This document shows, piece after piece, positions 13,067 to 27,475 of a stretch of 64,000 nt of DNA (position 1 is its first letter; the number at the start of each line of letters is the position of its first letter). Source of the stretch: Octopus vulgaris. Taxonomy: Eukaryota. Below the pieces are notes generated by a model, which saw only the letters and a program-made list of their open reading frames with translations, was not told where the DNA came from and searched no databases. The DNA lies in contig OX597825.1 in the NCBI GenBank assembly GCA_951406725.2, positions 53,010,001 through 53,074,000 on the forward strand. Reading direction: 5' to 3'. The position numbers were made by a program, and so were the translations under genes.

Positions 13067-14282
13067 CATATATATATATACATATATATATATACATATA
13101 TATATATGTATATATGTATATATATATAAACATGTATGTAAGTATATATGTATACATGTTTATAGTAAGCATCTGATGACTGTCTTAAGTACCAATTCGG
13201 CAGATTTAGTTGTCGCGTATCTAATATGAGCTAGATGAAATCTTTCAACTTGCTTCATATAATCATATAATCATAAGGATTACAATAATTATTCATATAA
13301 TCATAATTATTATTATTTATCAGGGATGGGATTTCAAAACCAAATACACTGTATAAAACACTTAAGACATAGAGAGATAAAACAGGGTAACAATTTATAT
13401 ACATTTTTTTCAATTAACATTAATGCATAGAAAATATTTCCTATATCTTATATATTTCTGTTATCTGATATTTATTAATACCTATCGTAGGTATTACAAT
13501 CTGTACATTATAGTATTTTTGCAGGAATTTGTAAATACTACAATTTTTTAAACCAAGAAAGAGTAGAAGTTACTTCAGTTGCACCGAACATCGTGTCACT
13601 TTAATATAAAATATTAACCGAAAAAGTATACAAACGCAAACACGCACGAGTAGTCTGGACTTCCATCACTGTGTGAATGCAAAAACTACTATTTCTTGTC
13701 CAATCAATAAAAAATGTCTTGGCAAATCACTGAAATATTGAATGAAAATATCTTCACTGATGTTATACAGAGATACAATATAGGTCACGCAGTCAACTGC
13801 TTTAAAACCGACATAAGCAACAAGTAGCTTGCTTCAGATCTCTAGAAAAGTGATAAAAAATACATAAATTATCAAGAAGGACAGATCAGTTATTGAAATG
13901 GTTTGCTACTGTATAGAGCGGATGCATACCATGCTAAAATGTATTGCAGAGAAATTGAATATCATAACCAAAGGTTTTATTCTTCTGATAAAGAAAACAG
14001 AAAATTTCAAGACATACATACATATATTTATATATATTCACTCAGATACACGCATACTCATACACACACACACATACACACATACACACACACAGACTCA
14101 CACACATACACACACCTTCACAAAAACACACATTAAAGGTTTCGAGGAAGCTATAAAGTGATGCACAAGCACCAGACTCTAAACGCAATGTTTCTTATAG
14201 CAGAAGCAGCTGTAATCCAACGAAATTTATTAATTCATTTTCTGTTATCATTCCATTAATTAGTATTATGGTCGGTAGCTTA

Positions 14283-14460
14283 AGGCGGCGAGCTGGAAGG
14301 ATCGGTAGCACGCTGGGCAAACTTCTTTGCAGCTTTCGTCCGTCTTTACGTTCTGAGTTCACATTCCGCCCAAGTTGACTTTGTCTTTCATTCTTTCCGG
14401 GTCAAAAAAATTAGTACCAATTCAGTACTGGGATCCTTGTAATCGACTTACTCGTATCGC
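14283..14460 (+). mobile_element. tRNA-derived Nin-domain SINE
   Basis: GGCGGCGAGCTGGAAGGATCGGTAGCACGC...GAGTTCACATTCCGCC..GACTTTGTCTTTCATTC. Confidence 0.85.
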
Positions 14461-14480
14461 TATGCCTAAGGAAAATCACA

Positions 14481-14528
<48 letters not shown>

Positions 14529-15426
14529 GTATGTCTGTATATATATATATATATATGTCTGTGTGTGTGTATTTACGAGTTTTATTCACTTTTAGAAATT
14601 ACCTGGACCATATTTTCATTCCATTTCTTTCGGATATGTCTATGTCGCGCTTGCCTGAAGGAGAAAGCTCATGACCACTGTCGTCCTGATGGTGTCTTTT
14701 GAGGCAGAAACGCATATTCACACATGTCATTTCCCTTAATGACATTAACTTAAAAGAATTTTAAAATTTTCATATTTTCTAATCTTCTCAGATGGGATCT
14801 CAATTGCCATTTCGCAGAGATGATTTTAATACATCAAAAATTCCTGTTGCCTCTTATGTCATACACCAGAATATATCTATCTTTAATATATACATATATA
14901 CACACATATAAATACACATTCATACATTTGTGTGTGTGTATGTTGTGTGTACCTGGGTGTGTGTGTGGTTTTTACATTTTACATTTTAAAATGTCGGTCA
15001 CCGGAAAAACAACAAACCAAAAACTGTAATTATCTTTTCCTTGACATGTCATATCAGAAATCATTTCATTGATAGATCTTCTATTACAGCTTTTGTCAGT
15101 TACGCTATACAGAATATTGGCGATTTTTTTATTGTTGAATCTATGATAATATCTCATGCAACATGTGATATTGAAGTATATCATTCAGCAGTCACTCTCT
15201 TGCAAGTTAGAGTAATGGCAATAATCTACTTATTTCACATTGTCAGCTAAGGTATAGTCACTTGTAATTCATCTATTGCTATCAAAGAACATCAAGTGAT
15301 CGTTTGATGTATTCTCTGTGTGTATCTATGTAGGCAGCACACACACACACACATATATATGTATATTCATATAGATGGGTATATATATTATATACAAACA
15401 TATGAATATATATACATGTATATATA

Positions 15427-15480
<54 letters not shown>

Positions 15481-15612
15481 CACACATATATGTACACAGG
15501 CACAGGCACACATACATAGAAAGAATCAGACAGATGGATAAATAGATTAATACATAGATAGACTGATACATAGATAAATAGATAGATAAGTCTATGTGTT
15601 CTTGCATATAGA

Positions 15613-15652
<40 letters not shown>

Positions 15653-16241
15653 AATATACATATATGCATTAATATTTATATGTATATTAATATTGATATT
15701 TATATTAATATATATTAATATGAATATATACATATGTGTGTGTGTGTGTGCGAATTCACACGCACAGGTATGCATACACATACACAGACACGCACACATG
15801 TATCTATATTTTACAAGCGTATGTTCAGGGAAAAAATTAAATGGATAATGAATATTTCAAACTGTACTGCTGACCCACTGAACTATAGCGAATGTGTGTA
15901 CACCAGATAAATTAACGTTTATTCTCAGATAAAATGAGTGTCACGATGTGCAACAAAGATGGTACTTTCAATTACAGGTAGAACCCTATAAGCTTATTGT
16001 TGAAACTCCACTCAATTTCACACACAAATAGAAAGTTAACTGATGCTGTGTTAAAACGTCAGTTGCGCAAGATTTCACGTAATAAAATGGTAGCTGGAAT
16101 CAAATGATTGTAAAGTAAATTTAGTAAACACGTGGGCTACGCTTCTATGTATGAATGTATGTGTGTATCTATCTATCTATATATCTATCTATTTATATCT
16201 GTTAAATATGTTTGCGTATGCACACATACAGGTAATATATA

Positions 16242-16280
<39 letters not shown>

Positions 16281-16284
<4 letters not shown>

Positions 16285-16338
16285 TATATACATACGATTA
16301 TTGATTTTTCCGTTAATATACAATACATACACCCACCT

Positions 16339-16411
<73 letters not shown>

Positions 16412-16468
16412 GGTGGGTGTATGTATTGTATATTAACGGGAAAATCAATAATCGTATGTATATACGAT
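16281..16468. repeat. Near-perfect palindrome with (TA)n centre
   Basis: About 70-bp arms ATCGTATATACATACGATTATTGATTTTTCCGTTAATATACAATACATACACCCACCTATA and its reverse complement, one mismatch seen. Confidence 0.9.
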
Positions 16469-17554
16469 TATTGAATGTATATTGAATTATCATCCACAAT
16501 TCACATCTTGTTTTCCATATATCATTGATAAATGTTCGTTTACAGGTTTTGTTACATTATATACAATATTGGATTTAACTGGAAGATACACTCATACGTA
16601 TATAATATGTGTGACATCCGTTTGACGACGTCGTGTCTGTATATCTCCTCACCATGTTACATCGGTTTTTCCGTGGGTTTGCGCAGACTTGACGGGCCAA
16701 GTCTCTCATTATTCTAGATAAAGGCTCTTTAGTGACTATTCTTCGTTTGTATGCTTCATGCATGATTGTTTTTCAGCTGCTTGGCTTCTTTTTATTACAA
16801 AACACTTTACAGTTTCTACTGGTGTGCTTTTAACGTGGCACCCGCTGTATCAAATTAATCTTGTCACTGACAAGACTAATGTACCCTCTCTACTTTAACA
16901 TTTCGCATTTGGCTCGCTGACAAATTTACAGTGTGTGCTGCGTGCATTTTGTTTTCAGCACACTAGAAAGAATATGTTGTTATTGGCCACAGTATGAAAG
17001 ATTTGTACTTAGCGTTGTTTCTGGACGTTTGTTTACATCATGAGAAGGTTGGTTTTACCTCAACTTCTAGAAGAGAAGGCGATGTGAAGAACCAAAAAGA
17101 TAGACGTCTAGAGGCGAAGGTTAAGGGGGAGACCGAGTGAACTAGAAGGGATAGACGGATAGTTATCGTCTGTTACATGCCATGTGTCTTTATGTTAATG
17201 ACGGTTGCATGTTAACCTCATAGCTAGTCACATTTACATTCCCTTACTCTTAACTGATGGTCATATTGTGTCCCTTCAACTTTATATTGGCGGACGCCTT
17301 TTACGCTTTCATATGTCCTTGTTTTAATGCATGTAAATTTAAAACTAAATGCTCTTCCTACAAAGCATGGTCCCATTTCTCACCTACTCAACCTGGCTAC
17401 AATAGAAAATTATTTACAAAATTTCAAGTGATATTTGTTTTTCTAAAACGGCCTTTCCAATTGAATTGCAGATCATGAGTATGAAGTAAAGCGAAGTACC
17501 TTTATATAGACCACGATTGGTACATAATGAATTATGCTAATATTTCTAAGTAGT

Positions 17555-17762
17555 AAAGCAGTGAGATGATAGAATCATTATTATGCCGGGCAAAATGACT
17601 GGCGTCATTTCGTCCGTATTGGCGGTCTAAGTTAAGATTCTACTTTTCTTTTCATCGTTTCAGAGTAGATAAAATAAGTACCGGTTGAACACTGGGATCA
17701 ATGTAATCGACTAAAACCTCTTCTAAAACCGCTGGCCCTGTGCCAAAATTTGAAAGCAATAT
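17555..17762 (+). mobile_element. Decayed Nin-domain SINE
   Basis: AGAATCATTA..GCCGGGCAAAATG..TTTCATCGTTTCAGAGTAGATAAAATAAGTACC..GTGCCAAAATTTGAAAGC. Confidence 0.75.
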
Positions 17763-18684
17763 TTCTAAGCAGTGAACAAGTTGTAACTTAGTAACTAAGC
17801 TTATATACTACTTGCGTTTTCGGGCTACTGCAATGTTCAACTTTTATTTACAGTTCCTTTTCTCCTTGTTCCACTTCGACACTTACTGGCCTTACTGACA
17901 TAATCTTGGGTCGTTTTAAAACGCATGAATTTAGTTGAATGTAGACAAATGTCACATATTTTAAGTATTAGACCATTCCATATGATACAAAAGGTAACTA
18001 AATCAAATCATATCACAACACAGAATGCCATAAAAGGGACACGCTTGGACGAAATAATCGTCGATACACAAAAAGATCGGATAGTTATGCACGGAATGCT
18101 TTGCGATCATAGGCATGCTGGAACAGGTCTGACCCCGGGCTAAAGAAAAAGAGTAACATCAGCTTATATTATTCCTTTTTGTTGGGACTAAAACGATTTC
18201 GGACTAGGAAAGGCATCAAGTTTTAGGGAAGTTTTTTTCATTGATCACATGCATGCAGAATTTCTAAAGTAAATACGTCATGGAAATGATAAGTTAGCTG
18301 GGAAGTTATTTCAAATTTCTAATAGAAAACACGAGAATATGATAATACAGAAAAGAGCATGAGAGAAAAAGAAAATCAAAATTAATAGAAAATGAGATGA
18401 ATTAGAAAACAGCAGACAATAGCAGAAAACAGTAAGTTAATCTGAGAAAAAGTTGAGATAAAAATAACAAAAGAAGCAATAATATTATAAATAGCAAAAA
18501 CAGAAAGGGAAAAAATAAAAGAAAATCGAAAACGTAAAAATAAAGTAGATAAAGGAAACAAAAAATACATAAAAACAGATAAGAAAAAGAAAGAGAAAAC
18601 ATTAGAAATTGGAAAACAGGAGACATCAACATAAAATAGAATGTAATTTATAAAGAAATAATGAAAATACTTTAGAAAACAGAT

Positions 18685-19337
18685 CGTTTCAAATTTCGGC
18701 ACAGTACCAACATGTTTAGCGGGAGCTGGTTAGTCGATTATTTCGAACTCCGTACATGATTAGCACTTTATTTTATCGACCTCAAAAGGATGAACGTCAA
18801 AATTGACCTCAGCGGGTATCGTACTCAGAACGTGTATATCTACAAGAAATACCGTCAAGCATTTTGTCGGACGTGCAATCTATACTGCTAGCACCACGTC
18901 TTAATTATAGTAAGAATATTGGTTTCAAATTTTGGTGCAAGGCTAACATATTCGTGAAAGACGGAAATCGTGCTTATCTGGTACTTATTTTATCGACCCC
19001 GAAAAGATAAAAGGTAAAATGAACCTCGGCAGAATATGACGTCAGTGCATAAAGACAGACGAAATCATTTTTTCTGATGTGCTAACAATTCCGCTAGCTA
19101 ACCACCTTCATTATGATAAAAAAAATGATAACCCTTTCTACAGAAGGCTTAGCGTTTGTGGGGAGGGGAGTAGTTGATTACATTGACCCCAGCGTTTCAC
19201 TGGTGCTTAATTTATCGACCCCGAAATGATAAAAGGCAAAGTGGACTTCGGCGGAATTTGAACTCAGAAAGTGAAGACGGACGAAATGCCGCTAAGCATT
19301 TTACCCGTAGTGCTAACGATTCTGCAAGCTGCCGCCT

Positions 19338-19338
<1 letters not shown>
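18685..19338 (-). mobile_element. Three tandem Nin-domain SINE copies (about 18685-18902, 18920-19110, 19130-19338)
   Basis: Each contains TTTATCGACC(C/T)C..AA..GA..AA and ends in a GCTAxCxxCCxCCTT-like head; same orientation. Confidence 0.8.
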
Positions 19339-19425
<87 letters not shown>

Positions 19426-19492
19426 CATAATAATAATAATAATAATAATAGTGGTGATGATGATGGTTATGATGATGATGATGGTGATGATA

Positions 19493-19557
<65 letters not shown>

Positions 19558-19560
19558 GAT
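19339..19560. repeat. Compound microsatellite (ACT)n(AAT)n(GAT)n
   Basis: Visible directly. Confidence 0.97.
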
Positions 19561-21216
19561 AACTTGTTAGTAATTGTTAAACAGTTCTGTGATGACACTA
19601 GCAATTGATAAACAGTCTATTGATGACAGCAGGATGCAAAAGGTGCAAAAGCGACCTTTATCGGAGGAAAAATGATAAAAACATCCAATGTTAATCTTGA
19701 CCAACAGAATTTCTTAAAGGTATCAGAACCAGTGTAGAGCTACAAATACCTGAAATATGTAATCTTGACAGAAAAATATGAAAATGATTGACAATGCATA
19801 GAATTCACCACCTTAAGGCAGATATAGAACGACATTTACCTGCCAAGAAAAGTGGGTGGCCGCGAATTTTTACTTCTGGAATTAACAATGAAGATTTCCA
19901 CATTTGGCCTGACCACTTGCCTGAAAACACTCTGACGACTGAATACTAAAACTTGTCTTGAAGCACGAAAACAAGAAAACATCACCCTCTGTAATAAAAA
20001 AAGGAAAAGAGATATCTAAGTGAATTCCAAATAGATCAGATTCCAGAATTAGACGCACTCGATACACGCACAGAAAAAAATTAAGCGTATGAAAACCCGT
20101 GCTAAAACTACTGGCTCAGTTATTCTTACTGACATAAGGCATGAAAAACCTTTTAATGGAAAATACCCAAAGAGATCTAATAATGCCAATGTTGACAAAG
20201 CCCTTACCCATCAATGGTTAGTGTCTTCTAGCTTAAATTCAGCGTTTATCATAGCAGCCCAAGATCAATGCCTATCTACAAGGAGCTACCAGGACAAAAT
20301 GTTAAAGAACGGCAGTAGTCCAACTTGTCATGTATGTAAACAACAAAATGAAACCATTGATCATATCTATATGTGCAGTCTTCTTGTGCCTACAGAGTAT
20401 CTCAATAGACACAGTATATTCACTGAGTAATTTTGAAAGACTTGGACCCACCACATGATAAAAACTGGTGGGAACACAAACGACCTCCAGTACTTGAAAA
20501 TGACCACACCTCACTCCTCTGGAACTTCACCGTTTAAACTGACAGAAAGACAAATGCAAATAGGCCTGACATTATTTAGAAGGACTTTAGACAAAAAGCA
20601 TGCCTTCTCATCGATATGACTGCCCCAATCGAGATAAATGTATCCATATTATTTACATTATTTACATTTGACAGATATTTGTCCTCAACTTGTTTGTTGT
20701 TAACACAACGTTTCGGCTGATATACAAGATGGGGAAAAACATCCGCCAAATGTAAATAATGTAAATAATGTACATAATTCCTCATCTCTTAAATATAGAA
20801 CTGTAATATATATTTATCTATCAAGACCTACCAAAAACTGATCAAGTATCTTGAAATAGAAGTTGGTAAAATGTGGAACCTCAAATCTAAAACAATACTT
20901 GTCGTCATTGGTGCCCTAGGAATAATAGCAAAAGGGGCTGATTGCTACTTAGCTCGGACACCAGGAAATACAAAAGTGGCAAAAATTTAAAAAATAGTGC
21001 CCATGGGAACTGCCTACATCCTACGTAAAATACTGTGTATGTAATCAGAAATTTTAAAACAAACATAATTTTCTTTGTTTTCTTAGATATTCTCTAGAAC
21101 AATATTTTTTGCAAAACCAAATATATGGAACCCTAGGCATAACACCAACTTGAACTTCTAGCTTGTTGTCTTTTGAGGTCTTTGGGTGGTATAAAAATAT
21201 AAAGCTAAAGTCAAAC

Positions 21217-21218
<2 letters not shown>
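19561..21218 (+). mobile_element. Decayed R4/Dong-type retrotransposon, copy 3
   Basis: Fragments LLVIVKQFCDD, KATFIGGK, SYKYL, HHLKADIER, THQWL, AAQDQ, CHVCKQQNETIDH, RPDII, VVIGALG; many stops and indels; ends at (AAT)n; interrupted at 20648-20812. Confidence 0.88.
20648..20812. mobile_element. Palindromic Penelope-like insertion nested in Dong-like copy 3
   Basis: Inverted arms ATTATTTACATTATTTACATTTGACAGATATTTGTCCTCAACTTGT / ACAAGATGGGGAAAAACATCCGCCAAATGTAAATAATGTAAATAAT; spacer holds a hammerhead 3' half on the minus strand (CAGCC-GAAA-CG-TT); right-side extension; splits the RLE coding frame at NVS-IK. Confidence 0.7.
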
Positions 21219-21289
<71 letters not shown>

Positions 21290-21324
21290 TATAATTATAA
21301 TAATGAGAATGATGATGATGATGC

Positions 21325-21378
<54 letters not shown>

Positions 21379-21759
21379 CGACGACGACGACGACGACGAT
21401 GATAAATCTTGGCAGGGAACCAACAAAGCAAATGTCAAAATATATTACTAGAGCAGTACGAGATTCTACTGCTATCATTAATAAGAGGAAGGGCTGATTT
21501 AGGGTTTAACTGATTTATTTTGTTGTTTCAATTACCGATAGAAAAAAATATACACTGTTGATCTTTTACAATATTAAATAAAGTGCTGCCGTGCTTTAGA
21601 GTTTTAGTAGCTGGACAATTTGTAAATATTTTAGTTGCTTATCTTCTAAAATTGTTTCTAGTTCTGGAAAGTGTTCTGAAATTTGAATTTTCAGTTTGTT
21701 CTGGATATGAAAGAGGAATGTTTTTACCTGTTCGAAAGGCTAGAAGAAATAAACAAATT

Positions 21760-23260
21760 ATTTACTCGTTGATGGTTTTGGGTGATATTAAAGCAGGATA
21801 TGATTTGGGAAATGAGGCAGGAGTGGTTACCCACCTAATATGTATGAACGATTTAATGCTTTATGGTAAAATAGTGGATCATTTTGGCGCGCTGGTGAGC
21901 ACAGTAAAACATTTCAATAATTGACATTTGCAGAAAATTTGGTATCAGGGAATTTGGTAAACCAGAATCAAGAACTAAAATTATCAAATAATCAGGTAAT
22001 GAAATACTAGAAATATGTGAAGGATATAAGTACTTCGGGAATTTTGGAATCAAATAGCATCAAAAAGAGAGAAATGGTGGAAACCGTTTCAAAGGAATAC
22101 TTCAGAAAGATCAATTTGATACTGATATCTTTGTTAAATTTTGGAAACATTGTAAAGGCAATTAATTTGAATGTATCAATTGTAAGGTCTTGGCAGGTGC
22201 TGAGAATTAGGACAAAGAGGAACTGTAAGATATTAAGATATTGATAAAAAATCTCGGAAAAAAAATGACAATGTACAAGGCGTTGCATAAAAAAACAAAT
22301 GTAGACCGGCTGTACATGAAGCAAAAACAAAGAAAGAAAACTGATCATTGTGGAGGTGAACATGAAAGTGAAAGCTCTCAGTCTGTTTGACAGCAAAAAC
22401 ACTAAGGAACTGCTAACAGTTGTAAGCAATTCAAACGTTCGAGGAGGACAAACATGTGATAGAGTACTTAAAAAGAGAAAGCATAGTTGTGTGGAAAAAC
22501 ATTTGGAGACTCAGTTTATTAAGAATAATGAAGCAGAAAGAAGCGAAGCCCCTTGGATTTGTTTGAAATAGAGCAAAATGATTAATTATGGTAGTTCACG
22601 GGGATAAGCCCTCTGAACAAATAGTGCAAAATATAGGGCAGGAGTGATCGTATCACAATTGTGCCGGTTGCTCGACGTAGAATAAGCAGTAACCTACATA
22701 GTAAACGAATATTCTAAACTTGCACAGAATGTACAAATCTTGGAGACATGAGAAGTTTGCTAAGATCATCCACTGGGAAATGTGTAAGAAGTTTGGATTT
22801 CCATCAGGATACAAGGGGTACGAACATGCAGCTAAAATAGTGACGGAGAATGATAAAATAAGATACTTAGGAAATTTCCAATCCAAACTGATCATGTTCT
22901 AGAGCATTGCAGACCAGATATTTTGGTGTTCGAGAAGAGGGAAAGTACAAGATACATAATTGATGTGGCCTGTCCGTTTCATACAAGAATAAAAGAAAAA
23001 GAAATCAACATAATCGGAGCTGAGGAGAGAGCTAAACAGATTGTGGAGTTGTAGAAAAAGTGAAGTTGTACCAATTGTCATTGGAATATTAAGAATAATG
23101 GGAAGAGGTTCGAGGTGTAGACAAAAATGATTGGCTTGCAGAAGTACATAGAATACATGCAACGAAGATTATTCGAAAGTTCTCGGTTGGCTGAGATCAC
23201 AGGTGGTGACTTGTTGTCTAAATTCCATCATATGGGTGAGATGCAAAAAAGTGAGAAATA
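21760..23260 (+). mobile_element. Highly decayed R4/Dong-type retrotransposon, copy 4 (RT through RLE)
   Basis: KAGYDLG..VTHLICMNDLMLYGK (decayed HLLFMDDLKLY RT motif), GYKYFGILE, NVDRLYM, YKSWRHEKFAKIIHWEMCKK, RPDILV, IIDVACPF, VVPIVIG. Confidence 0.8.
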
Positions 23261-24403
23261 ATACAAAATGCTATAACAATGGAGGCAGCAGATACCTAGG
23301 AAAAATAACAATCAGAAAACATAGCTTGTAAAAATTGCCAGTAGACATGGCAAGCGTTCTATCTTTAATCCAAAGTACATTCATTAAAATTCTCTATGCA
23401 TTTTAGAAAATATCTTCTTGCCAATGCAAATTATATGTTGTTGACATCTTACGAATTTTATATACTTTCCAGAGAACATAAAAAGATTCTCTTTTGTAAT
23501 ATCTAGAATCACATACACAAAGTTATAAATAATAGTATGTCAGTATGGGAATGTAAAAACCTTTTGGATAGAAATGATCGAAGGCTGTCCTTGATACGCG
23601 AACCCACATCTCCTACAAATATGTAAACCGTTCTACATGCATGTTGTTAATGCCGTAAGAATTAAATTTTCAAGAGACATGGCAGTTGATTTCCTACGTG
23701 GAGCCGTCGACTTTTCCTATCCAAAAGGTTTTCCAGTCCAATAGTTTGAGGGTATTGCTTGTAGCATTTAGTTTGCGCTTCAGGATAATAACTATTTCTC
23801 TTTCCCTCTAAAGTGTATACAGTCCTTATATAAGCATATGTAATAGATATAAGGAAATAATATACAATAGTAGGAACAAAAAGCACCGGAAAACTGGAAA
23901 CTTAAAAATAAAACAGACAAAGGACGGAAAGCAGACGAGGGAAAGGGCAAAGTACAAATTAACGATAAAGAAAGTAGACAAAAGTAAATAAATGTTAACA
24001 ATAAAATATAAAACCAAATAAATTTAAAACAGCCAATAGCTATTAAAATAAGATGCAACAAGTAACAAATTGTTCAGGTAGATGGCGCAATACAGTCAGT
24101 ATATTTACATAATTGAACTTCCACAAAGATATAATGGTGTCGCTAAAGTGGAAATGGAACGAAGAATCTCTGACACAATATTTTTACAAGTTTACCTCTG
24201 CACAACTAACACAACATAATGTGTTTGTTGTATACAAATCAACTGTCTTGGGTCTGATTATATGGAAGATTGATTTATTGATCGACTTCGTCATATATAT
24301 GCTTGTATTTGTGTATATACATATATATATGTATATATATGTTTGTACATAAATATACACACATATATCTATATGCATATGTATATATATATATGTGTAT
24401 GCA

Positions 24404-24458
<55 letters not shown>

Positions 24459-25259
24459 GAACACAGAAACATTTACATGTTTATATATACAAATATACAC
24501 GTGTGTGTATAAGCATGTATCCATGCATATACACATATATAATACATATGTACAAACATTCACAACAGCTGGTATGCAACCTTTTAATTGATTAAATTTG
24601 CCTGTACTTTTCTCTTTCATTTCGGAATATACCAATTCCTTTATGTCAATTAATCCTTCACAAACTAATCCAGCATCTATCCAAACTCTCTCTAAGAATT
24701 CAAAGAAACCTCGTCTGTGTTTCTCCTCTTAATACTTTCATTTAGAAGGAAACTATAAAAATATGGATTTCTGTTGAATAACAAAGAATTTTATGGAAAA
24801 ACGAAGGTTGAAGACGGAGGTAAAAGGAGTATTAATTCATTAAATCTAGATAGAATAATATTATAGATACTACTTCATTTCAGTGTGTGTGTTTGTGTGT
24901 ATGCGTGTGTCGAGTGTTTGTTCCGTATGTGTATGTTAGTGGTATGTGATTGCACCCAAGCTCACCAATACTGACATACTGGTATACGAATATGAAAAGA
25001 TATGCACATATATACACGTACACGCACAGGCATGTATATATGTGTGTGTGTGCATGTGTGTATACATGTATGAATATGTATTAAAATAAATACATGCACA
25101 TAGCTATATGTATACCGGTAAACGAGCGCAGGCACGTACCTGTAATCACAGACGCAAACATGTTCATATATATATATGTATATATACATACATACACCAC
25201 ACACACACACACACATATATATGTATATGTATGTATGTATGTGTATATATGAATATATG

Positions 25260-25290
<31 letters not shown>

Positions 25291-25305
25291 GATAGATAGA
25301 TAGAT

Positions 25306-25394
<89 letters not shown>

Positions 25395-26114
25395 TAGATA
25401 GATAAATATATGAATACGCACGCACATGTATGTCCCTCAGTGAGTGATTCTGCGTGTGACAGTATGTGTGCATGCACTGAAGATGATTTCCCCCCAAAAT
25501 ATGAGCTTTTACAAAATGAAGATATTATGTAAATATACATATATATTTCCACTTAATTATATTGAAAGATATTTCTTTGATAATATTTATGAAGATTTCA
25601 ATTTGGGGAAAAATAATAATTGCAAGAACAATAAAAATTGTCTAAAAAACAACAAAAAACTCATAATATGAAAATAAAAACTGAAATGAGAAATAATGTC
25701 ATCTGATGGAATTATTTCCAAATGCATTATATTCTACACACAGTATAATTTACTGCATATTTTAAACATTTTTCTCTATTATACATACATTTGCCTTTGC
25801 ATTCCGTTACCTATACGTATGCATATAAATAAATAAATACGAACATAAATATATGTATTCCTGTGATATATGCTATATGTATATATTTACATATATATGC
25901 AAAAATACGAGAGTGGGTTTGCATTCGTTGTATTTAAAATGCATCCTTATGCGTTTATGCATGTGAGGAATGTATGTATATGAGTGTATGCATGGATGTT
26001 GGTGTGTAATGCTGGAGGGCTGGCCAGCTGGATGGATGGACGTTTGGAGGGATGTGTGGAGGGAGGGAAGTTTGGATGCAGAGTTAGATACATGAATGTG
26101 TATATGATTGAATA

Positions 26115-26167
<53 letters not shown>

Positions 26168-26230
26168 TATGCAGAGTTAGATACATGAATGTGTATATGA
26201 TTGAATATCTCTCTCTCTAACTATCTATAT

Positions 26231-26263
<33 letters not shown>

Positions 26264-26861
26264 CACATATATATACGCACATATATATATATATGTATAG
26301 ATATGTATATATGTACAAATATTTAGAACACAGATATATGGGTGTGTGCTTGTCTTCATATGTGTGTGCACGAGTTCGTGTTTGGGTTAGTACGTGAGTG
26401 TGTTTCCATAATAAATTGTAAAAAATAGAAAAATGATAATTGTAATCACTCTGTATGATACACACGTACACACACACGTACACTCACACGCACATACATA
26501 CACATACATGTATATATATTTATATATATATACATATGTATATACATATATACGGTTAAGCATGCATATTAGTATATATCTATATGTATGAGTGTATATA
26601 CGTTAAATATAAAAACAAAATATGTAGCAATATATGTATTAACATATCCATACACACACACATAAATTCACACACCTACACATTTTTATGTGTACACAGA
26701 AGTGAAGAATCTTGATTTTTTTTCTTTCGTTATTCTTTTTCAATAAATCATAGCTAAGATAAAATATTAATATATTAGAAATGCAAAATTCAAGTTTGCC
26801 TTTTCGGTAGATATACCCGTCTCCCACCATAAACTAAATAAAGATATTTATGTTTTATTTA

Positions 26862-26993
26862 TGCCCTTGCTTGGGTATTTCAAAGAATAATCTCTCTGCT
26901 GTTTAGATTTGGGTATGAGGAATATATCATATGTGACTGTATGAATGACTGTGTAAGTAAGAATATACGCATTTATGCACAAACACACACACA

Positions 26994-27029
<36 letters not shown>

Positions 27030-27163
27030 TAGTTGCAGAGTCCTACACAGGAACAAGCACATACATATATATTCATAAACATATAAATTATGATATACTC
27101 TTCTACAAAAAATCTAAACAGAAGAGAGATTATTCCTTTAAATTCCCAAGCGGATAAAGCAAA
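26862..27163. repeat. MITE-like inverted repeat, ~70-bp arms around a microsatellite-containing spacer
   Basis: GCTTGGGTATTTCAAAGAATAATCTCTCTGCTGTTTAGATTT..TATATCATA versus TATGATATA..AAATCTAAACAGAAGAGAGATTATTCCTTTAAATTCCCAAGC. Confidence 0.7.
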
Positions 27164-27203
27164 CGTGTGTACACACACACATACACACGCACATATCTAT
27201 AGG

Positions 27204-27272
<69 letters not shown>

Positions 27273-27334
27273 TATGTATATGGGTATTTAAATATATATG
27301 CATCCATATATACATATATATGTATATTTACATG

Positions 27335-27381
<47 letters not shown>

Positions 27382-27475
27382 AGTTCACTTTGTGTAGTTA
27401 TGATGTAAAAGAATTTATTCAATAGAATTAAAATTTATAATTTCTTTCCTTTTACACCTGAGACTACAAACATTT

